A stretch of 37,073 bases of DNA from a virus (Duplodnaviria > Heunggongvirae > Uroviricota > Caudoviricetes): positions 1-37,073 of IMG/VR virus record IMGVR_UViG_2778261421_000003, one strand, 5' to 3'. Below are positions 26,169-34,720 of the stretch, piece by piece. Both the position numbers and the translations under genes were made by a program. The notes beneath the pieces are model-generated. The model was not told the DNA's origin. It made no database searches and saw only the letters and a list, made by a program, of their open reading frames with translations. Numbering within the stretch: position 1 is the stretch's first letter; each line of letters opens with the position of its first letter.

Positions 26169-26690
26169 CCAGAGTTGAACCATTTTCTGGGTGCCGTCAG
26201 GCTTGAGATTATCAATTTCAGAGAGAACGTAATATTGAATGGCTTCACAAACGGTGGTGTAGGGTGAATTACCTTCTTTAAGTGGCACGATATTATTATT
26301 AACGCGAACCTGTATTTCATCGTTATACATTGCGATCGAAACAGGCGTGTGCACGAACGCGACTTCGCCAGGTGTGTCGTCAACCACCGTTTCAATACTA
26401 AAAGTCAGTTTTCGCTCATCATTGCTGCCCCATGCTTTGGGGGTAGCGGCAGGGATCTGGGATAAAGGCATTCTGCGAAATCCTTCGGCTGCTTCCAGTC
26501 CGCATGAAACGTAATGCTGGCGATTACCGTCGCTATCTGTCCAGGTCTGTGATGGCAGCTCCAGCGAGATTTCATAAGCATCAACAATGCCCTGGGCAAG
26601 GCGTACAAGCGGGGTCAGATCTTCATTGCGGCGAAAGCTCTCCTTTACCTGCTCCCGTTTTTCTCTTAACTGCTTGTAATTAATGACCAT
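26166..26690 (-). CDS. Hypothetical protein (174 aa), unrecognised cargo in the old/tin position
   Basis: Start chosen at MVINYKQL, preceded by GGAGG. No motif I can assign. GC is lower than the structural genes. Convergent with Q. Confidence 0.5.
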   Translation of the reverse strand: MVINYKQLREKREQVKESFRRNEDLTPLVRLAQGIVDAYEISLELPSQTWTDSDGNRQHYVSCGLEAAEGFRRMPLSQIPAATPKAWGSNDERKLTFSIETVVDDTPGEVAFVHTPVSIAMYNDEIQVRVNNNIVPLKEGNSPYTTVCEAIQYYVLSEIDNLKPDGTQKMVQLW

Positions 26691-27189
26691 AAGACAGCCT
26701 CCATTGATTTCTTTGCTCGTATTTTGCACTTATGAAGTATGGTCGGCAAGGTGCCGTATCGCTGACGCGCTTCGCTTGTCTGCTGCTTCGCCGGGGCATA
26801 AAAAATTTATGCCCCGGCTCTCCAGCTCCTGTATCAATCAGATAATTTCACGACGCCTTCCAGTTTATCGCCACCATCGACGGTCAGACTCTTACGCAAT
26901 TCCACCGCGTTGACTGTATGTTCTCGCTGCCTCAGTGCGATTTTGACGGCCTTACCTTTCACCCCATCAAATCAAAAGCCCTCACGCCTTTTTCATGCTC
27001 AGCGTGAGAAATACGGCCATTCTGTTGTGTCTCTGCGACATCGTTCAGGGAATGCTATTTACCCCCTGAAACGCGGGCTGTTCCCCCGTCACCTGCGCGC
27101 AGAAAAAACGCGTTTTTTTGTGCACGCACGGATCCCTGACGGATCCAGTCGCCACGCGGGCCGGAAGGGTAAAAAGTTGTTCAAAAAAA

Positions 27190-27227
27190 TTGTGCAAATT
27201 TGTGCACTATTGTGCGGTGTATAAAAT
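27190..27227 (+). promoter_or_regulatory. Three TTGTGC repeats at 10-bp spacing with a TATAAAAT box upstream of the antitoxin gene
   Basis: TTGTGC at 27190, 27200 and 27210, then TATAAAAT at 27220-27227. Could be a promoter with operator repeats for autoregulation. Confidence 0.35.
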
Positions 27228-27289
27228 GAAAATATGGCGGTGTTATTACTGCCCAACAAGCCGTTATACTTACGTTATGGGCGTGCATA

Positions 27290-27646
27290 ATGGAAATGAA
27301 TATGAAAACTGTAACTGATGATGAATTTCGTGAGAACCTGAGTGAAATTCTGGATTACCTTTCTTCCGGTGGCAGTGTCGTTATCACTGCGCAGGGAGGG
27401 AAGGATGTTGTTCTTGCTGGTTCTGATCTTAGTCCTGAAATACGGGCTGTCCTTGGCAAAACCAAAAAACTGCGGGATCAAATAAACAAAATGAAGCAAC
27501 CACTCTTAATAAATGCAGTGAGAGATCTGGAAAAACGTCATCCAGCTCTTGTCGCACAGAGAAAAAAAGGATTGTCTTTTGAAGATGCAATGAAGCGTAC
27601 AAGAGAAAAACATGCGGATATCATTAAAAAGCTTGAGGATAACTGA
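27290..27646 (+). CDS. Phd/YefM-like antitoxin (extended, about 118 aa)
   Basis: N-terminal region VTDDEFRENLSEILDYLSSGGSVVITAQGGKDVVLAG resembles Phd/YefM antitoxins. Stop overlaps the start of the Doc-like gene (TGATG). Alternative start at the ATG at 27302. Confidence 0.55.
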   Translation: MEMNMKTVTDDEFRENLSEILDYLSSGGSVVITAQGGKDVVLAGSDLSPEIRAVLGKTKKLRDQINKMKQPLLINAVRDLEKRHPALVAQRKKGLSFEDAMKRTREKHADIIKKLEDN

Positions 27647-28053
27647 TGGACATAGTGTTTTTGTCAAAAGAACAAGTAGAACGTATCCATGCTGAAACTT
27701 TACCCCAGAGCGGAAATGCCAATGACGGGCTACTTGAAGGTGCTTTAAATCGCGTCAGGACACTACACTACTATGAAGGGGTTGATGATATTCATGCTCT
27801 GGCTGCTATGTATTTGATTGGTATAGCCAAGGCTCATGCCTTTCATGATGGGAATAAACGCACAGCTTTTCAGGCTGCATCAATATTTTTAATGATGAAC
27901 TCTTCCGAACTTTCAAACTCCCTGCTGCTGGTTAAATTAACGGTGTTTTCAGCAATGGGGATAGCTACCCTTGAGGAAGTTACCTTTGCTTTGAAATTGC
28001 TGTCTGATTATGGCAATGAATTAATCAGCGACTACGAAGAAGATTATATTTAA
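27646..28053 (+). CDS. doc: Doc (Fic/Doc family) toxin
   Basis: 135 aa with HAFHDGNKRTAF, matching the Fic/Doc HxFx(D/N)GNKR catalytic motif. Translationally coupled to the upstream antitoxin. Confidence 0.75.
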   Translation: MDIVFLSKEQVERIHAETLPQSGNANDGLLEGALNRVRTLHYYEGVDDIHALAAMYLIGIAKAHAFHDGNKRTAFQAASIFLMMNSSELSNSLLLVKLTVFSAMGIATLEEVTFALKLLSDYGNELISDYEEDYI

Positions 28054-28314
28054 TGCTGGCATACTCTGTCGTGTTAAGACAACAGCCTTTGCGGAAACAG
28101 GGCAGGGTGCCAGACTTGCCCGCAGCGCGTCTGACATGAGCAGTTATTCATCTTTTTTATTGTTTTTCTCCATGCAGGGCGACAGTGCGTCCATGCCAGC
28201 TTGATGTTGGTGGAGCCGTCGTCGATACAAATTTTCATGTCGCTTTTCCTTATGTTGATTAATTAATCGGTTACAGGATTTTTAAATCCCGCTTTTGCCT
28301 GTTTTGTGCGCGCT

Positions 28315-31137
28315 TCATATATCGCTGCGCGTTTTTTGCTCATTTACGGGATTTGTGAGTCCCGTTTCTGTCTGTTTTTTGTTTCCACTGGTCAGGCCAC
28401 CCCGCAGCAGGTCTGCTTTGCGGCTGGCGCGTTCAGTGGTTTCACTGATTCTCTGTGCGTGCTCTGCGTCGCGGATGGCGCGCAGCATGTCAGAAAGCAC
28501 GGTAACGGGTGTTTTCATGGTGTTCTGGTCCTGCTGAAGTGTGGATGCCAGGCGTGCGGCGGCTTCAGGGTCTGATGCCCCCAGCTGTGCCAGATAGCTG
28601 GCGACCGGGTTATGGCGGATCTCCGTGCTGCTTACGCCATGATTACGGCTCAGGCGCTGCCAGAGCTGCGTGATTCGGCTGTCCAGGCGGGTATCCGGTT
28701 TGCGTACAATTTCAAATCCCTGCGGTGCAATGATGCTGCCGTCAACGTACAGACTGCCGCCCCGTAACAGGTGCTGCATCTGTTGTTCACCGATATGCAG
28801 GCCGAGAGATTCAGCAGACTCCCGCCATTCTTTAGCGAGTAATTCGTGGTTATCAGGCAAAGGCCGCTGCTGTTTGCGGCTCTGTGTCCAGCTCTGCGCT
28901 TCATCACTGCTGTTTTTTGCCTGTTTGTCACGAAGCGAACGCATCAGCGCCCGGCGTTCGTGCCGTTTCAGTGAGCGCATCCATTCGTTCACTTCAACGC
29001 CGTCAGGGAGCTGCGGCCACGGTGCTGGCCGTTCTTCCGGCTGTTCTGTCCCGTTGTTGTCCGTTTCCTGTACACGGGGACAGTTATTGCCACGAGTCCA
29101 AGGGGCGGCATGGCCGCCCTGAAGGTCAAAACCATTTTCGCGGGCGTTGTCTTCTGGTTCTGGTTTACGTCTTACCAACTTCCAGTTATCCGGATGCGTG
29201 CACACACGGGAGGATTCCCCGATGAGTGGTGACCAGATCCCGTAAATCTGTACGCTCTGTTCGCCGTAATCGTTCAGCTCATCTGCGAGGTCGTAGGCGG
29301 TGCGAATCAGGTAGTCCTTGCGTGGAACAAGCACGCCACCCTGTTTTTCAATGTAGGAGGCAAAACACCCGGCATCAGCGGCAGCGAGTACCGCATCCAT
29401 TGCATCATCCTTCAGCCGTTGCGGGCCTTCCGGGTTGCGTGCCATCTGGCTGGCAAGGCGGCGGAGTTCACGCCATACCTGACGGGAGGGGATGCCAAAG
29501 AACTGGAACTGGCGGACCCGATGAAGACGCGCCCAGCCAATGGCGCGCTCCACGCTCTCGGCCATTGATTTTCCGGTTTCGTGGTCAACGCGTGGCTTGC
29601 CCGTTTTCGGGTCGATGCCATCCACGGCGCGGCTGTCCAGGTTCTTTCCGATGTAGGTCGCGATATAGCTGGTTGGTGTGCCTTTTGAGCCGTCGACATA
29701 CTCCGCCTTAAAGCGCGGAGTAATATCATTGCCCAGCTCGTGGCGGTCTTCCTGAATGGCAATATCGCGGGTGATGGCCACGATGCTGTCGATTTCTTCC
29801 GGATGAGCAAAGACCATCATATGCCAGTGCACGGTGCCGTCATGGTGAGGCTCCACCGTGCGGATGCCATACCAGCGAAGACCGTCGCGGTTCAGTTTTT
29901 TGCGGACCGCCGCAAAAAACGTGTTAACCAGGTAATCGCTGGAGTCGCGCATGGTGGCCCCGTTCCATTTGGGATTCGGATGACCGTTCTCTGTTGTGGC
30001 GTGGTATTTTGACGGGCAGGTGACAGTCAGAAACACCGCTTTGTCGCCACGGGCTTCGGCCAGAAGTTCCAGCCCCTTCATGGTGGCCATCATTTCTGCC
30101 TTACGGTGAACCGGGTTACTTACTCCCGCGTAATACACTGTCTCGAGATCAATCGTGAACCCGTCTTCGTTTTCCAGCATGAAACTTTTCAGGAAATCGC
30201 GTGTTTTCTCGCGCTGTGCGCGAAACTCGCTTAACGCGTCCTGGCTCAGATAGGGTGATGTTTTTCTGGAAACCAGACAGGCGGCGCGGAGTTGTTCTTC
30301 TCTCCACTCGCAACGTAACAGCCACAGTTTGCGTTTCCACCATTCCGCACAGGTCAGGCGAAGGACTGCGCCCGGCAGCAGCTCCGTGTCCGGTTCGTTC
30401 CTCCGGTCTTTATCTGTTGTCAGTGCGTCATAATGTGGAGGCATGATGTGCAGGTGTAACGCCATGCGGGCCAGCATCTGATACGCCTTCAGCGTTACAT
30501 CCATGGTCAGCTCGCCATCTCTGGCACCAAAGCCATCACAGAGTTTTTCGAAGGTGCTGCTGAACATCGCCGCCGTCATGGTGGCCAGCGACTGTATCTG
30601 GTGTTTGTTGAGCTGCGGCAGGTAAAGCAAATCGTCCAGGCGTTCGCGTCCGGCAAGGGAGCGATAACCCGGTGTCAGCCAGTGTCCGTCAGTGCGATCC
30701 AGACGTTCGAATATTTTGCGCAGGGTTCCGCGTGCATAGCGTTCCGCCTGCCAGCTCTTTTTGCCTTTCCGGCGATCGGCTTCCTGTTTTTTGCGCAGGA
30801 AGGAGAGGTGGCGAATAAGCGGATCGCGCAGATAGGACGGCAGCAGGCGCAGCGAGGCCATGGCTTCATCCACCGCGCCACGTGCCTGTTTTCTGGCTTC
30901 TCTGGCCAGTGTGATGGTTTTGTCCTGTTTTTCCTGTGCGTCCAGGCTTTTATTAATCAGGTTGCCCAGCGGCGTGGCGGAGAACGCCGCATCAGCCATT
31001 TCCTGGCGGCGCTCGTTCTCTGCCCGGTAGGCATCCAGCCAGGAGGAAAGCTCGGATTCAGGAGCGGGGATTCCCGTTCCTTCACGACCCACTGCGTGGC
31101 GCGGTTGTTGCCAGTCCCTGATGTACTCTGCCGTCAT
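28315..31137 (-). CDS. A: Replication initiation endonuclease gpA (rolling-circle initiator)
   Basis: Motifs VTCPSKYHA and HWHMMVF are typical of P2/186 A-family proteins. The 940-aa ORF is longer than P2 A (761 aa), so the true start may be internal. Confidence 0.8.
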   Translation of the reverse strand: MTAEYIRDWQQPRHAVGREGTGIPAPESELSSWLDAYRAENERRQEMADAAFSATPLGNLINKSLDAQEKQDKTITLAREARKQARGAVDEAMASLRLLPSYLRDPLIRHLSFLRKKQEADRRKGKKSWQAERYARGTLRKIFERLDRTDGHWLTPGYRSLAGRERLDDLLYLPQLNKHQIQSLATMTAAMFSSTFEKLCDGFGARDGELTMDVTLKAYQMLARMALHLHIMPPHYDALTTDKDRRNEPDTELLPGAVLRLTCAEWWKRKLWLLRCEWREEQLRAACLVSRKTSPYLSQDALSEFRAQREKTRDFLKSFMLENEDGFTIDLETVYYAGVSNPVHRKAEMMATMKGLELLAEARGDKAVFLTVTCPSKYHATTENGHPNPKWNGATMRDSSDYLVNTFFAAVRKKLNRDGLRWYGIRTVEPHHDGTVHWHMMVFAHPEEIDSIVAITRDIAIQEDRHELGNDITPRFKAEYVDGSKGTPTSYIATYIGKNLDSRAVDGIDPKTGKPRVDHETGKSMAESVERAIGWARLHRVRQFQFFGIPSRQVWRELRRLASQMARNPEGPQRLKDDAMDAVLAAADAGCFASYIEKQGGVLVPRKDYLIRTAYDLADELNDYGEQSVQIYGIWSPLIGESSRVCTHPDNWKLVRRKPEPEDNARENGFDLQGGHAAPWTRGNNCPRVQETDNNGTEQPEERPAPWPQLPDGVEVNEWMRSLKRHERRALMRSLRDKQAKNSSDEAQSWTQSRKQQRPLPDNHELLAKEWRESAESLGLHIGEQQMQHLLRGGSLYVDGSIIAPQGFEIVRKPDTRLDSRITQLWQRLSRNHGVSSTEIRHNPVASYLAQLGASDPEAAARLASTLQQDQNTMKTPVTVLSDMLRAIRDAEHAQRISETTERASRKADLLRGGLTSGNKKQTETGLTNPVNEQKTRSDI

Positions 31138-31143
31138 AGTGAT

Positions 31144-31509
31144 TTACTTCGTCATGCCATTCAGGGTGTCGCGGCAGACTGTAGCCAGCCGCTGAATTTC
31201 CAGCACGGTGTCTTCTGTGTCGGCATGGCGATGTGTGATGCGGATGCTGTCGGCAATCACATCGACGATTGCAGAGGATGGGCGCTGGTAAATGCCAATA
31301 ACGGACGGGGTGCCACCTTCAATGCGGTAAAGCCTGTAATTTTCCTCATGGCTGTCAATCATGTAGCGACCATCAATAACAATCTTTCCGTCAGCGAGCT
31401 GCGGTACAGGCAGGGATTTCAGGTACATGTCATAACGATCACGCACGCGAGCGGCAAGATCACGTTCTGTGTTGAGCAGGTATTCAAGAAAGTCGTTGGC
31501 GAGAATCAT
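31144..31509 (-). CDS. Hypothetical early protein upstream of A
   Basis: 121-aa ORF ending 7 nt before the A start, in the position of the P2 orf80-83 cluster. No motif recognised. Confidence 0.45.
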   Translation of the reverse strand: MILANDFLEYLLNTERDLAARVRDRYDMYLKSLPVPQLADGKIVIDGRYMIDSHEENYRLYRIEGGTPSVIGIYQRPSSAIVDVIADSIRITHRHADTEDTVLEIQRLATVCRDTLNGMTK

Positions 31510-31581
31510 TGCGGCAATCCTCTTGCTACAGATGTGCGAAGGCCTCCCGCCGCAAGGTGCAGGAAAGGCCTGGAACAGGAA

Positions 31582-31812
31582 TTAATGGAGTTTGTTTTGC
31601 TGCTGGATGAGCTGCTGAAGCTCGCGCAGATCATCCGCCAGATAGCTGAAAACAGAGGCGGAATAAATGTTTGATAGTGCGTGGCTGCGCTCATGCAGCA
31701 TATTGATGTGCATGATTTGCGCGACGCGTGATGCGCGGAAAAGTCTGCGGTTGATTTCAGTCTGGATGTGACGACGCTCCGCGATAGCGCGGTGCTGTTT
31801 GCGGTTTGCCAT
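31582..31812 (-). CDS. Hypothetical small basic early protein
   Basis: 76-aa Arg/His-rich ORF co-oriented with the early operon. No cysteines, so not the DksA/TraR-type zinc finger. Confidence 0.35.
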   Translation of the reverse strand: MANRKQHRAIAERRHIQTEINRRLFRASRVAQIMHINMLHERSHALSNIYSASVFSYLADDLRELQQLIQQQNKLH

Positions 31813-31991
31813 GATGTGGCCTCTCTGTTAGTTAGTTTTGAAAACTCACCATCCAGAGGTTCCAAGCTCGGGGTGGTGAGACGTACAGGGTTGGAACTAC
31901 CGGCTAACAGAGGACCCGGCCCAGCTGATGCTGGCCCTGTACGCCCCACCATAATTCTGACGCGAAAAAGACGTGGCGATACGGCACGCAC

Positions 31992-32011
31992 AAAAAAACC
32001 GCTGGCGCGGT
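31992..32011 (-). terminator. Candidate rho-independent terminator on the minus strand
   Basis: Short GC stem ACCGC/GCGGT (31998-32011); the minus-strand transcript would be followed by seven U (complement of the A-run at 31992-31998). The stem is only 5 bp. Confidence 0.3.
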
Positions 32012-32179
32012 TGTGCGCTCTGTTAGTCTGCGGGGTTCCAATCCCGGCACCCGTTTTATGAGGTGCAGCGGAAATGTAACCTGACTGATTGCGGCATGGC
32101 AAGCGGTTTTTTTGTGAGAACGGCATACTAAAAAATCCTGATACTGCTCCGGCCAGCGGTTTTCACTGGCCGGGTTTAA

Positions 32180-33010
32180 TTACTTCACCGGAACAAACGG
32201 AACAGCGGTGTTACTGGTCATGTATTGCGGTAGCGTGCCGTTCCATTTGTTAATCGCTTCCAGCTCCATAACGCCGGGATTCTGGCGCAGAGCTTCACCG
32301 CGTAAACGAATGGCGTCGGCTTCAGCCTGGGCTTTTGTGCGAATGGCATCGGCTTGTCCGGCAGCTTCTGCGCGCAGCATGTTGGCTTCAGCTTCGCGTT
32401 GCTTGACTTCCTGTTCACGTTGCAGGGTTTTCTGGTTTGCCGTGACTTTGGCATTAATGCTGTCGATAACGGTTGGCGGGTATTCCGGCTTACCCACATA
32501 AGAGAGGCTCATTACCTGAATGCCGATAGGTGTCATTTCTGCCTGAATGTCTTTAAGTGCTGAATCCAGCAGTTCAGACTTGCCACCGTCGATAAATTTA
32601 TCGGTGGTCATTTTGCTGGCCAGTCGGTTGAGTGCGTCGGCGATCTTCTGGCGCAGGTCAGTGTCGGTAATGTCATCCACGCCTTTGCGGTAGGTCTGAA
32701 ACACTGTAGTAACTTTGGATGGATCAACCTTGTAGGCCACACCGATGTGATAGCCGATGGTTGTGCCGTCACTCATCTGAAAGCTGAACGGCTCATCGTA
32801 GGTCTTCATTTGTTTGAAGGTCGGGAAGATGTAAACCTCGGTATTCCAGCCAGTCCAGTAGCGGCCAACGCCAACCACTTCGCCAACGCCTTTGTCGTCG
32901 CCCAGCTTGTTGACTTTGATGCCCACATTACCTGGCTCAACGCGATCGCAGCCAACCAGCAGGATGGCGGCAAAAAGCGGGAGAATCTGAAAGAGTTTGA
33001 ATTTCTTCAT
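32180..33010 (-). CDS. SPFH/band-7 (stomatin/prohibitin-like) domain lipoprotein
   Basis: 276 aa with lipobox LLVGCD, a central SPFH-like region and a C-terminal Ala/Glu/Arg-rich coiled coil (QREQEVKQREAEANMLRAEAAGQADAIRTKAQAEADAIRLRGEAL). Confidence 0.65.
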   Translation of the reverse strand: MKKFKLFQILPLFAAILLVGCDRVEPGNVGIKVNKLGDDKGVGEVVGVGRYWTGWNTEVYIFPTFKQMKTYDEPFSFQMSDGTTIGYHIGVAYKVDPSKVTTVFQTYRKGVDDITDTDLRQKIADALNRLASKMTTDKFIDGGKSELLDSALKDIQAEMTPIGIQVMSLSYVGKPEYPPTVIDSINAKVTANQKTLQREQEVKQREAEANMLRAEAAGQADAIRTKAQAEADAIRLRGEALRQNPGVMELEAINKWNGTLPQYMTSNTAVPFVPVK

Positions 33011-33210
33011 TGTTTAATTTCCTTGATGTACTTACTGAAAAGGCGAACAACGCCTGCCGGGTACAGCATGGCAATGAAAATGCCCAGCAATACCAGGAAA
33101 GAGCTGTCTGATGAAATCATTCGGGGGAGTACCCCTACATACAGAATGAGAGAGACGAGGACGCATACTAGCGCCCATGCATATGCACGAAACCATGTCT
33201 TGTTGTTCAT
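33007..33210 (-). CDS. Small two-helix membrane protein coupled to the SPFH gene
   Basis: Start chosen at MNNKTWFRAYAWALVCVLVSLILYVGVL...; two hydrophobic helices; stop overlaps the SPFH ATG (ATGA). The upstream extension in the ORF track is rejected. Confidence 0.45.
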   Translation of the reverse strand: MNNKTWFRAYAWALVCVLVSLILYVGVLPRMISSDSSFLVLLGIFIAMLYPAGVVRLFSKYIKEIKQ

Positions 33211-33220
33211 GTTGCGGCCC

Positions 33221-33517
33221 TTACTGGTTAAGGAAAAAATCGAAAACCTTGTCAATGCGTTGCAGCAGCTCTTGCTGTATTGCTTCCGGCGTTTCCGGTT
33301 CGCCTGGCGCCTCCAACGTCGCGCAGAAATCAGCGATTTCATGATGGAGTGTCAGGCGAATGGCAGGGGCCGTGGTTCTGGCGTGCTCCAACTCATCCAG
33401 CAGTGCCAACACCACTGACGGTTGTAAGCTCACGCGAGATGGTAGTGATTCATGGGGGGGTATTCTTTGCACGGCAGTCGCCAGTTCGCGTAGTTCCTGG
33501 TGGTTGATGATGCTCAT
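33221..33517 (-). CDS. Hypothetical acidic early protein
   Basis: 98-aa ORF in a run of tightly packed, co-oriented early ORFs. Confidence 0.4.
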   Translation of the reverse strand: MSIINHQELRELATAVQRIPPHESLPSRVSLQPSVVLALLDELEHARTTAPAIRLTLHHEIADFCATLEAPGEPETPEAIQQELLQRIDKVFDFFLNQ

Positions 33518-33765
33518 GCTCTGGCTTCCTTCAGTAACTGGTTAAACATATTGGTAAGTGGATTGCCGCACCCGAACGGCATCGGGTTTACCTGGTAAGA
33601 GAAGCGACCACCTGTTTTGCGCTCTTTTCTTATGACTGAACCGCTACGCCAGAGTCGGCGTAACTCCGCATTAATAGCTGTGGTTGGGGTATTCAGTGCT
33701 GCGGCGATTTCTCCACCGCTACACCCCGGATTGGCGGCGATATAGTCCAGAATGGTCATCTGCAT
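33514..33765 (-). CDS. Putative winged-helix DNA-binding early protein
   Basis: 83 aa; TILDYIAANPGCSGGEIAAALNTPTTAINAELRRL looks like a wHTH. Start overlaps the neighbouring stop. Confidence 0.4.
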   Translation of the reverse strand: MQMTILDYIAANPGCSGGEIAAALNTPTTAINAELRRLWRSGSVIRKERKTGGRFSYQVNPMPFGCGNPLTNMFNQLLKEARA

Positions 33766-33959
33766 GACTCCTGTACCTGTCGGATAAGGTTCACCCGCAC
33801 CACGTTGGTGGCGCAGAAGTAAGTGCCGTCAGTGAGGTAGATGTGGTGTGCATCCTTTTCTGAACGGTGTTTGTCGATTGTGGTAATCAGGCGTTCGTCG
33901 ACTTCGTATTCACGTCCTCTGGAGGTAAAACGAACGACAGGAAAGTGCTTAATTGCCAT
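33756..33959 (-). CDS. Hypothetical small early protein
   Basis: Start chosen at MAIKHFPVVRF (ATG at 33957-33959); part of the early ORF chain. Confidence 0.35.
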   Translation of the reverse strand: MAIKHFPVVRFTSRGREYEVDERLITTIDKHRSEKDAHHIYLTDGTYFCATNVVRVNLIRQVQESCR

Positions 33960-34266
33960 TGCGCCCACTGTTCTGTTTCTGGCGACGGATGCGGGATAGC
34001 TGGATTTCCAGCTCTTCAATGTGGTCGTGCAACTCGTCTATTTCGGCGAAAAGCGAATCAAGGGTTGATGAGAGTTCCGTTAACAGGGCCTTTGCCGCCA
34101 GTGCAACAGTAAACGTGCCGATGTCGCGTTCCGGGTCAATTTCACTAACAAGTGTTCTGGTTAGTTCAAGAGCGACGGGGAGCGCCTCTTCCAGTTTGCA
34201 ATCCTGGAGATGAGCAAGAATAGTTAATGCGTCGCATTGAATTTTGTCTTCTTTATTTTGTTTCAT
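33949..34266 (-). CDS. Hypothetical acidic coiled-coil early protein
   Basis: 105 aa with an acidic helical C-terminus (LDSLFAEIDELHDHIEELEIQLSRIRRQ). Confidence 0.4.
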   Translation of the reverse strand: MKQNKEDKIQCDALTILAHLQDCKLEEALPVALELTRTLVSEIDPERDIGTFTVALAAKALLTELSSTLDSLFAEIDELHDHIEELEIQLSRIRRQKQNSGRNGN

Positions 34267-34466
34267 CGTTGCCGCCTTATTTGAATGTACAAAGCCCTCC
34301 GCGAGTGCGGATTGTTTTCATGTTTTCTTATTTAATCGTGTGTTTTATTTGTGCTGTTATTCTTCAGTGAAAAAACGCTCAATCTTTTTTACTGAATGAA
34401 TAATTCGCACAATGCCAATTGCGCAGACCACTGAAATAATCAGAACAATCCATGACATAAATATAC

Positions 34467-34709
34467 TCATGCGATATTCCCCAGCTTATACGGTTCAATA
34501 TGTTCTCCGCATTCTGCGGCACAGACCAGCTCGGAAAGTTCGTTAAGTGCATCCAGATCATCAGCGTAAAAAGCCACGTCATACAGACTCCGGATTGCCC
34601 TGGTCAATGAGTCACGGGCTGCACGTTCAGCATGAACGCCTGATGCGCTTAAGCGAAAATAAAAACGCTCAAGTGCTTTGTTGATGAGTGTTTTATATTC
34701 TTTGTCCAT
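34467..34709 (-). CDS. Hypothetical early protein
   Basis: 80-aa ORF co-oriented with the early operon. Confidence 0.4.
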   Translation of the reverse strand: MDKEYKTLINKALERFYFRLSASGVHAERAARDSLTRAIRSLYDVAFYADDLDALNELSELVCAAECGEHIEPYKLGNIA

Positions 34710-34720
34710 TGCAACACCCT

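Noticed and set aside
26152-28314. P2 cos site expected next to Q
   Set aside because: I found no convincing match to the P2/186 cohesive-end sequence as I recall it; I report the structured elements but do not call a cos feature.
30601-31674. 357-aa ORF on the plus strand
   Set aside because: It is antisense to replication gene A and the upstream early ORF, with no motif or RBS support.
32025-32065. Possible tRNA or tRNA fragment (GGGGTTCCAATCCCGG resembles a T-arm)
   Set aside because: I could not build an acceptor stem, anticodon arm or D-arm around it, and a similar GGTTCCAA motif recurs nearby; it is more likely a structured regulatory or repeat element.
31506-32126. 206-aa Ser/Ala-rich ORF on the minus strand spanning the non-coding gap
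   Set aside because: Low-complexity composition; it overlaps the two better-supported early ORFs and the structured non-coding region, so is probably not translated.
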